Below, in pieces: positions 49,461-61,637 of a DNA stretch of 64,000 nt; positions within the stretch are counted from its first letter, which is position 1, and each line of letters opens with the position of its first letter. This DNA is from Somniosus microcephalus. Taxonomy: Eukaryota. The stretch spans positions 270,134,001 to 270,198,000 of the forward strand of contig CM126209.1 in the NCBI GenBank assembly GCA_052327205.1, in the 5' to 3' direction. Below the pieces are notes generated by a model. It was given only the letters and a program-made list of their open reading frames with translations. It had not been told where the DNA came from and made no database searches. Both the position numbers and the translations under genes were made by a program.

Positions 49461-49582
49461 TATACGAGCCTCCCCTTGTTGCTGGGAAGGTGACCGTCCT
49501 CACTTTTGTTCTCCAGGTGATGCCCAAGCCCTCCTTCAGATCGGTTCTTGCCTCACTGTTTTATATAAAAAAAAAAAAAACT

Positions 49583-50230
49583 AGAATGAAAGAACTTTTA
49601 TTTCTCCAGCGCCTTTCACAGCCTCAGGATGTCCCAACGTGCTTTGCAGCCAATTAAGTACTTTTTTTTTGGAAGTATAGTCACTGCTGTAATGTAGGAA
49701 ACCCAACAGCCAATTTAAGCACAGCAAGCTCTCACAAACAGCTATGTGATAATGACCAGATAATCTGTTTGTGATGTTGGTTGAGGGATAAATATTGGCC
49801 CCAGGACACCGGGGAGAACTCCTCTGTTCTCCTTCGAAATAGTGCCACCCGAGAGAGCAGATGGGGCCTCGGTTTAATGTCTCATCCGAAAGACGGCACC
49901 TCCGACACTGCAGCGCTCCCTCAGTACAGCCCCTCCGACAGTGCAGCGCTCCCTCGATACTGCCCCTCCGACAGTGCAGCGCTCCCTCAGTACTGCCCCT
50001 CTGACAGTGCAGCGCTCCCTCAGCACTGCCCCTCCGACAGTGCGGCGCTCCCTCAGTACTGCCCCTCCGACAGTGCGGCGCTCCCTCAGTACTGCCCCTC
50101 CGACAGTGCGGCGCTCCCTCAGTACTGCCCCTCCGACAGTGCAGCATTCCCTCAGTACTGCCCCTCCGACAGTGCAGCGCTCCCTCAGTACTGCACTGGA
50201 GTGTCACCCTAGATTTTTCAGCTCCAGTCT
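49583..50230 (-). mobile_element. Deu-domain SINE with a 33-bp array (about 9 copies)
   Basis: Reverse complement of the element at 44350-45386. Confidence 0.88.
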
Positions 50231-50392
50231 CTGGGGTGAGGACTTGTTTTACTGATTTCAGTGAGCCGCATGAAGAAAGGAAGAACTTGTATTTCTATAG
50301 GGCCTTTCACGACCCCAGGACGTCCCAAACAGGGTCCGCGAGGGTGGGCGTGTTCGGGAGAGAGCACTGACACCACCAAGACGATGGTTGGT

Positions 50393-51087
50393 AGAGTCAT
50401 AGAGTTATACAGCACAGAAAGAGGCCCTTCGGCCCATCGTGTCCGCGCCGGCCATCAAGCCCTGTCTATTCTAATCCCATTTTCCAGCATTTGGTCCAAG
50501 CCTTGTATGCTATGGCGTTTCAAGTGCTCATCTAAATGCTTCTTGAATGTTGTGAGGGTTCCTGCCTCTACCCCCCATTCAGGCAGTGAGTTCCAGATTC
50601 CAACCACCCTCTGGGTGAAAAAGTTTTCCCTCAAATCCCCTCTAAACCTCCTGCCCCTTACCTTGAATCTATGCCCCCTTGTTATTGACCCCTCTACTAA
50701 GGGGAAAAGTTCCTTTCTATCTACCCTATCTATGCCCCTCACAGTTTTGTACACCTCAATCAGGTCCCCCCTCAGCCTTCTCTGCTCTAAGGAAAACAAC
50801 CCCAGCCTGTCCAGTCTCTCTTCATAGCAGAAACGCTCCAGCCCAGGTAACATCCTGGTGAATCTCCTCTGCACCCTCTCCAATGCAATCACATCCTTCC
50901 TATAGTGTGGCGACCAGAACTGCACACAGTATTCCAGCTGTGGCCTTACTAGCATTTTGTACAGCCCCATCATAACCTCCCTGCTCTTATATTCTATGCC
51001 TCGGCTAATGAAGGCAAGTATCCCATATGCCTTTTTAACCACCTTATTTACCCGTCCTGCTGCCTTCAGGGAACTATGTACATGCAC
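50393..51087 (-). mobile_element. CR1 3' fragment ending about 28 nt before MAT2B exon 2
   Basis: [30 protein letters not shown]. Confidence 0.92.
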
Positions 51088-51115
51088 TGAGTGGTTGTGG
51101 GATCTTCCGTTGCAG

Positions 51116-51310
51116 GAGGATGTCGGTGTGCCGGACAGGCGTGTGCTGGTCACCGGAGCGACAGGTCTGCTTGGCCGTGCTGTGTATAAGGAGTTTCTGG
51201 ACAACAACTGGAACGCCGTGGGCTGCGGGTACAAAAGAGCTCGACCCAAGTTTGAGAAAGTGAACCTGCTGGATCCAGGGGCCGTGCGGAAAATCATCCA
51301 GGATTTTAAG
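51116..51310 (+). CDS. MAT2B: MAT2B exon 2 (Rossmann fold, GxxGxxG)
   Basis: cag|[27 protein letters not shown]...IIQDFK|gtact, 195 nt. Confidence 0.97.
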
Positions 51311-51579
51311 GTACTGAACGTCAGCACATTCTGCCGGTAGCTGAAGCAGGCTTGTGAAGTAGTTGTTAACTGGGATGGGGTTCAGGGTAATGTTCCCTTT
51401 AAGCTGCGTGGCCGCGCGGGGCTCAAGAGGTCCTGCACAGCTGGCTCACTGGCTTTTAAATAGAAGAAACCGCACCTGTTGAATGGGCCGTGCGGGTCGT
51501 TTAAAGGGCTGCGCAGCCCAAAAAAAATGAACTAGTTCAGGGGGGTGACTATCTGATGGGGTTTGGAGGGGGGGTGATT

Positions 51580-54462
51580 CTCGCTGGGACGTGGGTCAGG
51601 GGTGACTCTCTCGCTGGGACAGGGGTCAGGGGTGACTCCCTCTTGCTGGGACGGGGGTCAGGGGTGACTCCCTCTCGCTGGGATGGGGGTCAGGGTGACT
51701 CTCTCGCTGGGGCGGGGGTGAGGGGTGACTCCCTCTCTCGCTGGGACGGGGGTCGGGTGACTCTCGCTGGGACGGGGGTTGTTGTGACTCTCGCTGGGAC
51801 GGGGGTCGGGGTGACTCCCCCTCTCGCTGGGTCGGGGTGACTCCCCCTCTCGCTGGGACGGGGGTCGGGTGACTCTCGCTGGGACGGGGGTTGTTGTGAC
51901 TCTCTCGCTGGGACGGGGGTCGGGGTGACTCCCCCTCTCGCTGGGTCGGGGTGACTCCCCCTCTCGCTGGGACGGGGGTCGGGTGACTCTCGCTGGGACG
52001 GGGGTTGTTGTGACTCTCTCGCTGGGACGGGGGTCGGGGTGACTCCCCCTCTCGCTGGGTCGGGGTGACTCCCCCTCTCGCTGGGACGGGGGTCGGGTGA
52101 CTCTCGCTGGGACGGGGGTTGTTGTGACTCTCTCGCTGGGACGGGGGTCGGGGTGACTCCCCCTCTCGCTGGGTCGGGGTGACTCCCCCTCTCGCTGGGA
52201 CGGGGGTCGGGTGACTCTCGCTGGGACGGGGGTTGTTGTGACTCTCTCGCTGGGACGGGGGTCGGGGTGACTCCCCCTCTCGCTGGGACGGGGGTCGGGG
52301 TGACTCCCTCTCTCGCTGGGACGGGGGTCGGGTGACTCTCGCTGGGACGAGGGTCAGGGGTGACTCTCGCTGGGACGAGGGTCAGGGGTGACACTCGCTG
52401 GGACGGGGTCAGGGGTGACTCTCGCTGGGACGGGGGTCAGGGGTGACTCCCCCTCTCGCTGGGACGGGGGTCAGGGGTGACTCCCTATCTCGCTGGGACG
52501 GGGGTCAGGGGTGACTCCCTCTCTCGCTGGGACGGGGGTCAGGGGTGACTCGCTGGGACGGGGGTCAGGGGTGACTCTCGCTGGGACGGGGGTCAGGGGT
52601 GACTCTCGCTGGGACGGGGTCAGGGGTGACTCTCGCTGGGACGGGGTCAGGGGTGACTCTCGCTGGGACGGGGGTCGGGTGACTCTTGCTGGGACGGGGG
52701 TCAGGGGTGACTCCCTCTCTCGCTGGGACGAGGGTCAGGGGTGACTCCCTCTCGCTGGGACGGGGGTCAGGGGTGACTCCCTCTCGCTGGGACGGGGGTC
52801 AGGGGTGACTCTCGCTGGGACGGGGGTCAGGGGTGACTCGCTCTCTAGCTGGGACGAGGGTCAGGGGTGACTCCCTCTCGCTGGGACGGGGGTCAGGGGT
52901 GACTCTCGCTGGGACGGGGGTCAGGGGTGACTCTCGCTGGGACGGGGGTCAGGGGTGACTACCTCTCGCTGGGACGGGGGTCGGGGTGACTCTCTCGCTG
53001 GGACGGGGGTCGGGCTGACTCTCGCTGGGACGGGGGTCGGGGTGACTCTCGCTGGGACGGGGGTCGGGCTGACTCTCGCTGGGACGGGGGTCGGGCTGAC
53101 TCTCGCTGGGACGGGGGTCGGGCTGACTCTCGCTGGGACGGGGGTCGGGCTGACTCTCGCTGGGACGGGGGTCGGGCTGACTCTCGCTGGGACGGGGGTC
53201 GGGTGACTCTCGCTGGGATGGGGGTTGTGACTCTCTCGCTGGGACGGGGGTCGGGGTGACTCCCCCTCTCGCTGGGACGGGGGGTCGGGGTGACTCCCTC
53301 TCTCTCGCTGGGACGGGGGTCGGGTGACTCTCGCTGGGACGAGGGTCAGGGGTGACTCTCGCTGGGACGAGGGTCAGGGGTGACACTCGCTGGGACGGGG
53401 TCAGGGGTGACTCTCGCTGGGACGGGGGTCAGGGGTGACTCCCCCTCTCGCTGGGACGGGGGTCAGGGGGTGACTCCCTATCTCGCTGGGACGGGGGTCA
53501 GGGGTGACTCCCTCTCTCGCTGGGACGGGGGTCAGGGGTGACTCTCGCTGGGACGGGGTCAGGGGTGACTCGCTGGGACGGGGGTCAGGGGTGACTCTCG
53601 CTGGGACGAGGGTCAGGGGTGACTCTCGCTGGGACGGGGTCAGGGGTGACTCTCGCTGGGACGGGGTCAGGGGTGACTCGCTGGGACGAGGGTCAGGGGT
53701 GACTCTCGCTGGGACGGGGTCAGGGGTGACTCTCGCTGGGACGGGGTCAGGGGTGACTCTCGCTGGGACGGGGTCAGGGGTGACTCGCTGGGACAGGGTC
53801 GGGTGACTCTTGCTGGGACGGGGGTCAGGGGTGACTCCCTCTCTCGCTGAGACGGGGGTCAGGGGTGACTCCCTCTCGCTGGGACGGGGGTCAGGGGTGA
53901 CTCTCGCTGGGACGGGGGTCAGGGGTGACTCTCGCTGGGACGGGGGTCGGGGTGACTCTCGCTGCGACGGGGGTCGGGCTGACTCTCGCTGGGACGGGGG
54001 CCGGGGTGACTCTCGCTGGGACGGGGGTCAGGGCTGACTCTCTCGCTGGGACGGGGGTCAGGGGTGACTCTCGCTGGGACGGGGGTCGGGCTGACTCTCG
54101 CTGGGACGGGGGTCGGGCTGACTCTCGCTGGGACGGGGGTCGGGGTGACTCTCTCGCTGGGACGGGGGTCGGGGTGACTCTCGCTGGGACGGGGGTCGGG
54201 CTGACTCTCGCTGGGACGGGGGTCGGGGTGACTCTCTCGCTGGGACGGGGGTCGGGGTGACTCTCTCGCTGGGACGGGGGTCGGGGTGACTCTCGCTGGG
54301 ACGGGGGTCGGGGTGACTCTCGCTGGGACGTGGGTCGGGGTGACTCTCGCTGGGACGGGGGGCGGGGTGACTCTCGCTGGGACGGGGGTCGGGGTGACTC
54401 TCGCTGGGACGGGGGGCGGGGTGACTCCCTCTCTTACTGGGACGGGGGTCGGGGTGACTCTC
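51580..54462. repeat. G-rich minisatellite of about 27 bp (GACTCTCGCTGGGACGGGGGTCGGGGT) with higher-order blocks
   Basis: Directly visible array. A 117-bp higher-order unit recurs at about 51750-52270. Confidence 0.98.
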
Positions 54463-54761
54463 GGGTTGAGGGGCTCACTATTTAGAATGTCGGGTACCCT
54501 CCGGTTTCTCGCACACATGGCCACTCTTTGTGTGAATCTAAAGTCGCACTGGCTATTGGTTGACTATTTGACCATGAAGGCATCACAGGCAAGGCCCCCG
54601 CTGTCCTCACACGATGCCCAGAAACATGCCCCTTCCTGCAGGGCCATTGGCTGGTGGCCAGGGGCTTCCTTCCCCAGCTGGGATCAGGTCTTTAAGCAAG
54701 TACCGGTGATCACAACTGGAGTCTGCACAGAACGATGGACGAGAGAATCTGCATGGAATTA

Positions 54762-55332
54762 AAGAAAGAACTCGTGTTTCTCCAGCGCCTTTCACAACCT
54801 CCAAATGTCCCAAATCGCTTCACAGCCAATGAAGTACTTTTGAAGTGTAGTCACTGTTTTAACGTAGGAAGTGCGGCAGCCAATTCAGGCACAGCAAGAC
54901 CCCACAAACAGCAATGTGATAATGACCAGATCATCTGTTTTAGGATGTTGGTTGATGGATGAATATTGGCCCCAGGACACCGGAGAGAACTCCCCCTGCT
55001 CTTCAAAATAGTGGCCGTGGGATCTTTTACATCCACCTGAGAGGGCAGACGAAGCCTCGGTTTAACGTCTCATCCAAAAGACGACACCTCCCTCAGTGCT
55101 GCCCCTCCGACAGTGCGGCGCTCCCTCAGTGCTGCCCCTCCGACAGTGCAGCGCTCCCTCAGTGCTGCCCCTCCGACAGTGCAGCGCTCCCTCAGTACTG
55201 CCCCTCCGACAGTGCGGATCTCCCTCAGTACTGCCCCTCCGACAGTGCGGCGCTCCCTCAGCACTGTCCCTCCGACAGTGCGGCGCTCCCTCAGCACTGT
55301 CCCTCCGACAGTGCGGCGCTCCCTCAGTACTG
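54762..55332 (-). mobile_element. Deu-domain SINE with a 33-bp array (about 7 copies)
   Basis: Reverse complement of the element at 44350-45386. Confidence 0.88.
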
Positions 55333-55836
55333 CAACTCTTTTCCACAAATGGCAATTGCCGCTGGATCAATTGTTAATTTTAAATCTGAGATTGATAGAT
55401 TTTTGTTAACCAAAGGTATTAAGGGATATGGGACAAAGGCGGGTGGATGGAGTTAGGTCGCCGATCAGCCATGATCTGATTGAATGTGGAACAAGCTCGA
55501 GGGGCTGAATGGCCTCCTCCTGTTCCTGTTAACTTACAGGCATTCTCACTATACACCAGACTTTAGTCGATAGAGTTGCAGGTCTTGTGTTGTGGGTGGG
55601 AAGTTGTTCAATTCATTGTATTGTGTCATGTAACAGACAACGTATCAGCGAGGACTCTTATACAGTGACATCATCAAAGGCTGTTTCCATTTGCTGGTAC
55701 TCTTGTGATTTACAATTTTATTATCCATATCTTTTTAAATTTATGGGCTAATATTGTATCCTACTGTATCATGAGCTTATGGGTGAAACCATTCATTCAT
55801 GGGATATAAATCATTAACCCATGGCTCCTCATGTAG

Positions 55837-56713
55837 TGTTTGATGGGGACAGTGTAGAGGGAGCTTTACTCTGTATCTGACCCATGCTGTACCTGCCCTG
55901 GGAGTGTTTGATGGGACAGTGTAGAGGGAGCTTTACTCTGTATCTAACCCGTACTGTACCTGCCCTGGGAGTGTTTGATGGGACAGTGTAGAGGGAGCAT
56001 TACTCTGTATCTAACCTGTGCTGTACCTGCCCTGGGAGTGTTTGATGGGACAGTGTAGAGGGAGCTTTACTCTGTATCTAACCCGTGCTGTACCTGCCCT
56101 GGGAGTGTTTGATGGGACAGTGTAGAGGGAGCATTACTCTGTATCTAACCCGTGCTGTACCTGCCCTGGGAGTGTTTGATGGGACAGTGTAGAGGGAGCT
56201 TTACTCTGTATCTAACTCGTGCTGTACCTGCCCTGGGAGTGTTTGATGGGGACAGTGTAGAGGGAGCTTTACTCTGTATCTAACCCGTGCTGTACCTGCC
56301 CTGGGAGTGTTTGATGGGACAGTGTAGAGGGAGCTTTACTCTGTATCTAACCCGTGCTGTACCTGCCCTGGGAGTGTTTGATGGGACAGTGTAGAGGGAG
56401 CATTACTCTGTATCTAACCCGTGCTGTACCTGCCCTGGGAGTGTTTGATGGGACAGTGTAGAGGGAGCTTTACTCTGTATCTAACTCGTGCTGTACCTGC
56501 CCTGGGAGTGTTTGATGGGGACAGTGTAGAGGGAGCTTTACTCTGTATCTAACCCGTGCTGTACCTGCCCTGGGAGTGTTTGATGGGACAGTGTAGAGGG
56601 AGCTTTACTCTGTATCTAACCCGTGCTGTACCTGCCCTGGGAGTATTTGATGGGACAGTGTAGAGGGAGCTTTACTCTGTATCTAACTCGTGCTGTACCT
56701 GCCCTGGGAGTGT
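55837..56713. repeat. 67-bp tandem repeat, about 13 copies
   Basis: Unit GTGTTTGATGGGACAGTGTAGAGGGAGCTTTACTCTGTATCTAACCCGTGCTGTACCTGCCCTGGGA (starts at 55971, 56038...). Confidence 0.97.
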
Positions 56714-57086
56714 TGTTCCTCAGCACAATATACCAACAATGACTTGAAGGAAGAAGACCAGTTGTGTGTCTGTTCGCTTTACACACCGTCTCTATTGATA
56801 CAGCTTGCAGGTTCTCAACTGATGCTCTTCCTTGAATTAAAAAGAACTTGTCTTCTTCCTTGAGAAAGGCCATTTGGCCAGCCAAACCTGCTTGATCCAG
56901 TGTCCCTCCTGTGGTCCCCTCCCCAACGTGTTGATCTCCTGCTTTAATAGACACCAGGCTCCTCACCCTACCTTCCCTGAAGAGTAAAATCAAGCTGTGC
57001 TGTTGAAACCTGTAGGTTTACCTTCAGGAACGGCGCTGGGTATTGGTTGGAAACTGACTGCGGGTCTTGTGTTAATCCTGTTACAG

Positions 57087-57201
57087 CCGCAAGCTGTTAT
57101 ACACTGTGCTGCGGAGCGGAGACCTGATGTAGTGGAGAGTCAGCCCGAATACGCCAGGCAGTTGAATGTAAGCACCTCTGGATGCATAGCCAAGGAGTCA
57201 G
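57087..57201 (+). CDS. MAT2B: MAT2B exon 3
   Basis: ttacag|[39 protein letters not shown]|gtatt, 115 nt. Confidence 0.96.
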
Positions 57202-57419
57202 GTATTAAAACTCTTTGTGGGCTCGTTTGCTTAAGAAATAGTCCTTGATGGTTCTAACCTGAAGCAGTGTCTGTGGGACAGCAGTACGACTTGTTCAAAG
57301 TCCTCAGCCAGTTGTTTTTCATTCTCTGGGTGTGGCGTTGCTGGGAAGGCCGGCATTTATAGCCTAGTTATTCTGAGAAGGTGGTGACGCAACTGAGTAG
57401 CTTCCTAGGCCTCTTCCAG

Positions 57420-60310
57420 GGCAAGGCTGGATGGCATCTATTTTAATGCAAGGAGTCTTGCAAATAAGGTGGATGAACTGAAGGTGTTGATAAACACATG
57501 GGAGTATGATATTGTTGCTATCACGGAGACATGGTTGAGGGAAGGGCAAGACTGGCAGCTCAATATTCCGGGGTACAGAATCTTCAGGCGAGACAGAGGG
57601 GGAGGTATAAGAGGAGGGGGTGTCGCAATATTAATTAAGGAGTCAATTACTGCAGTAAGGAGGGATGATATATTAGCAGGGTCCTCTAATGAGGCCATAT
57701 GGGTGGAGCTTAAAAACAAAAAGGGGGCAAGCACTTTGCTGGGAGTGTACTATAGGCCTCCAAACAGTCAGGGGGAGATAGAGGAACAGATATGTAGGCA
57801 AATCTCAGAGAAATGTGCAAATAATAGGGTAATAATAATGGGGGATTTCAACTTCCCCAATATTAACTGGGATAGTCAGAGTGTGAAAGGCTCAGAGGGT
57901 GTAGAATTCTTAAAGTGCATCCAGGAGAGCTTTTTGAGCCAGCATGTAGAAAGTCCTACAAGAGAGGGGGCGGTACTGGACCTAATTCTAGGGAATGTGG
58001 CCGGCCAAGTGGAAAAAGTGCTAGTAGGTGAGCACTTTGGTGATAGTGACCATAATATGGTAAGATTTAAGGTGGTCATGGAAAAGGACAGGGATGGGCC
58101 GGAAATAAAGGTTCTAAATTGGGGGAAGGCCGATTTTAATAGGATAAGGCAGGATCTGGCCAAAATGGACTGGGATCAGCTACTTGTAGGAAAATCCGCA
58201 TCGGAGCAATGGGAGGCTTTCAGAAGGGAGATTGAGATCATACAATGGCAACATGTTCCCGTAAAGGTCAAGGGTGGTTCCAAAAACCACAGGGAACCTT
58301 GGATGTCAGGGGATATACGAGAATGGATTAGGAAAAAAAGGAGGGCTTTTGGTAGATACAAAAGGCTAAAGACGGAGGAAGCCCTAGAGGAGTACAAAAA
58401 GTGCAGGGGGATACTTAAAAAAGAAATTAGGAGATCAAGGAGGGGCCATGAAATAACACTGGCAAGCAAAACAAAGGAAAATCCGAAGATGTTTTATAAG
58501 TATATTAAGGGTAAGAGGATAACTAGGGAAAAAATAGGGCCCATTAGGGACAAAAGTGGCAATCTGTGTGTGGAGCCGGAAGATGTAGGAGGGGTTCTAA
58601 ATGAATTTTTTGCATCTGTTTTCACTATGGAGAAGGACGATGTAGACATAGAAATAGGGCGGGGGGACTGTGATATGCTCGAACATATTAACATTGAGAG
58701 GGAGGAGGTATTGGCGGTTTTAGCTGGCCTAAAAATGGATAAATCCCCAGGCCCGGATGAAATGTATCCCAGGCTGCTGTGTGAGGCAAAGGAGGAGATT
58801 GCGGGGGCTCTAACACATATATTCAGGACCTCTCTGGCCACAGGGGATGTGCCAGAGGACTGGAGAACCGCTAATGTAGTACCATTATTCAAGAAGGGTA
58901 GTAGGGAAAAACCGGGGAACTACAGGCCAGTGAGCCTAACATCAGTGGTAGGAAAATTATTGGAAAAAATCCTGAGGGACAAAATTTGTCTCCACTTGGA
59001 GAGGCAAGGATTAATCAGGGATAGTCAACATGGCTTTGTCAAGGGAAGATCATGTCTGACTAATTTGATTGAATTTTTTGAGGGGGTACTAGGTGTGTGG
59101 ATGAGGGTAACGCAGTGGATGTGGTATACATGGATTTCAGTAAGGCCTTCGATAAAGTCCCGCACAGGAGACTGGTCAAGAAGGTAAGAGCCCATGGAAT
59201 CCAGGGTGCCTTGGCACATTGGATACAAAACTGGCTTAGTGGCAGAAGGCAGAGGGTGATGGTCGAAGGTTGTTTTTGTGACTGGAAGCCTGTGGCCAGT
59301 GGGGTACCACAGGGATCGGTGCTGGGTCCCTTGCTGTTTGTGGTCTACATTAATGACTTGGATATGAATGTAAAGGGTATGATCAGTAAGTTCGCGGATG
59401 ATACAAAAATTGGTAGGGTGGTAAATAGCGAGGAGGGTAGCCTCAGTCTGCAGGACGATATAGATGGGTTGGTCAGATGGGCGGAACAGTGGCAAATGGA
59501 ATTTAACCCGGAAAAGTGCGAGGTGATGCACTTTGGGGGGACTAACAAGGCAAAGGAATACACAATGAATGGAAAGACCCTAGGCAAGACGGAGGGTCAG
59601 AGGGATCTGGGTGTGCAAGTACACAGATCCCTGAAGGCGGCGGAACAGGTGGATAAGGTGGTAAAAAAGGCATATGGGATACTTGCCTTCATTAGCCGAG
59701 GCATTGAATATAAGAGCAAGGAGGTTATGATGGAGCTGTATATAACACTGGTTAGGCCACAGCTGGAATACTGTGTGCAGTTCTGGTCGCCACACTACAG
59801 GAAGGATGTGATCGCGTTGGAGAGGGTGCAGAGGAGGTTCACCAGGATGTTACCAGGGCTGGAGGGCTTCAGCTATGAAGAGAGACTGGGCAGATTGGGT
59901 TTGTTTTCCTTGGAGCAGAGGAGGCTGAGGGGGGACATGATTGAGGTGTACAAAATTATGAGGGGCATAGATAGGATGGATGCTGAGGAGCTTTTTCCCT
60001 TAGTAGAGGGGTCAATAACTAGGGGGCATAGATTCAAGGTAAAGGGCGGGAGGTTTAGAGGGGATTTGAGAAAGAACTTTTTCACCCAGAGGGTGGTTGG
60101 AGTCTGGAACTCACTGCCTGAAAGGGTTGTGGAGGCAGAAACCCTCACAACATTTAAGAAGCATTTGGATGTGCACTTGAAATGCCATAGCATACAAGGC
60201 TACGGGCCAAATGCTGGAATATGGGATTAGATTAGACAGGGCTTGATGGCCGGCACGGACACGATGGGCCGAAGGGCCTCTATCCGTGCTGTATTACTCT
60301 ATGACTCTAA
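57420..60310 (+). mobile_element. Near-complete CR1 ORF2 (AP endonuclease plus RT) with one frameshift near 59085
   Basis: ORF 57469-59187 (IVAITETW, GDFNFP, SDHN, KSPGPD) overlaps ORF 59097-60230 (DFSKAFD, KFADD). Tail (atgactct). Confidence 0.95.
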
Positions 60311-60381
60311 TTCGAGTCTCCTATAGGTCCAGACCAGGTAAGGACAACAAATTTCCTTCCCCAAAGGACATTAATTAAACA

Positions 60382-60960
60382 CGGTAGCAAAATACTGCGG
60401 ATGCTGGAAATCCGAAATAACAACAGAAAATGCTGGAAAAACTCAGCAGGCCCTCCGGCAACATCCGTGGACAGAGAAACAGAGTTAACGTTTCAGGTCG
60501 AAACCCTTCGTCAGGACTGAGAAACACAGGAAATGAAACAGAAAGTATGGGGGAGGGGATGAAAGAACAAAAGGGAAGGTCTGAGAGGTGAAGAGACATT
60601 AAGAGATATTCAAGGCGAGACGAGATGGTAATAGGACAGGTAAAGAGACAAAGGATGGCTCTAGATTAGGTGTGAAATGCGCTGGCAGAGTACAGCTGCC
60701 ATGTGGGAGAGAGAAAAAGGGGGAAGGGCCAAAACAAAGGTGTGGATAAAAAATATATAAAAGTATAATAGGGGCCAAGGTTATGATCTGAAATTGGTGA
60801 ATTCTATGTTGAGTCCGGAAGGCTGTAAAGTGCCTAATCGGAAGATGAGGTGCTGTTCCTCGAGTTTACGTTGAGCTTCCGTGGAACAATGCAAGAGGCT
60901 GCGGACGGTGAGGTCTGAGTGGGAATGGAGCGGTGAATTAAAGTGACAGGCGACCGGAAG
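60382..60960 (-). mobile_element. Penelope-like element 3' fragment (end of GIY-YIG endonuclease plus pLTR with hammerhead core)
   Basis: PVACHFNS..RKLEEQHLIFRLGTLQPSGLNIEF. Minus strand CTGACGA-agggtttcgacct-GAAACGTT at about 60487-60514. Duplication CATTAATTAAACA (60369-81, 60961-73). Confidence 0.9.
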
Positions 60961-61484
60961 CATTAATTAAACAGTTGGGTTTGTACGACAATCCGACAGC
61001 TTCACAGTCGCTCTTACTGATTCCGGCTTTTTATTTCCAGATTTTTTAAATTGAACTCTGATTCTCAAACTGCCCTGGTGGGATTCGAACTCCCGATCGC
61101 TGCCGTCCTTACCCGGTCTGGCCTACATGTGACTCTTAACTGCCCTCTGCAGTGGCCTAGCCAGTCGCTCTCTGGTGTATCGCCACCTTCTCGGGGCAAC
61201 TAGGGGTGGGCAATGAATGCGGCCTTGCCAGCGACAGCCACACCCAGAGAACAAATAATTAAAAAAAAAAAAAAAAAAAGGACTTGAGGATGGTGCTGGG
61301 GGTGGGGCGCGTGGAATCGTACCCCAACAAGGGTCTGTGCCTTCAGGAGTGGGACGGGGGAGAAAGAGGGAGAAATGGTGCCCAAAAGAACACACAATTA
61401 AATGTGAAATGAGCAGAATTTGACCAGTTTGAAACTATTTGCAATTACATTTTTAAAAAAAGCTGTTCTGTCCATTCCTTGCAG

Positions 61485-61637
61485 CTGCAATCGGAGCATT
61501 CCTCATCTACATGAGCACAGATTACATCTTCGACGGATCGCACCCGCCTTATCGAGAAAATGATGCCCCGAACCCCCTCAATCTCTACGGGAAATCCAAA
61601 CTGGAAGGGGAGAGGCTGGTTTTGCAAAATCACCCGG
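61485..61637 (+). CDS. MAT2B: MAT2B exon 4 (STDY and YxxxK motifs); the gene continues beyond the window
   Basis: ttgcag|..[51 protein letters not shown]|gtgagg, 153 nt, phase-compatible with exon 3. Confidence 0.96.

Noticed and set aside
47195-49584. ORFs of about 750 aa, rich in Pro/Gly/Arg
   Set aside because: Translations of the 39-bp intronic satellite.
50957-51340. Bacterial RmlD-like dTDP-sugar reductase, or a CR1-MAT2B fusion ORF
   Set aside because: The homology is confined to a GT-AG-bounded exon of MAT2B, which is an RmlD-family protein. The flanks are intronic read-through.
55837-56713. 67-bp period as a CRISPR repeat plus spacer, or a ribozyme array
   Set aside because: The whole unit is conserved, and I saw no CTGANGA/GAAA core on either strand.
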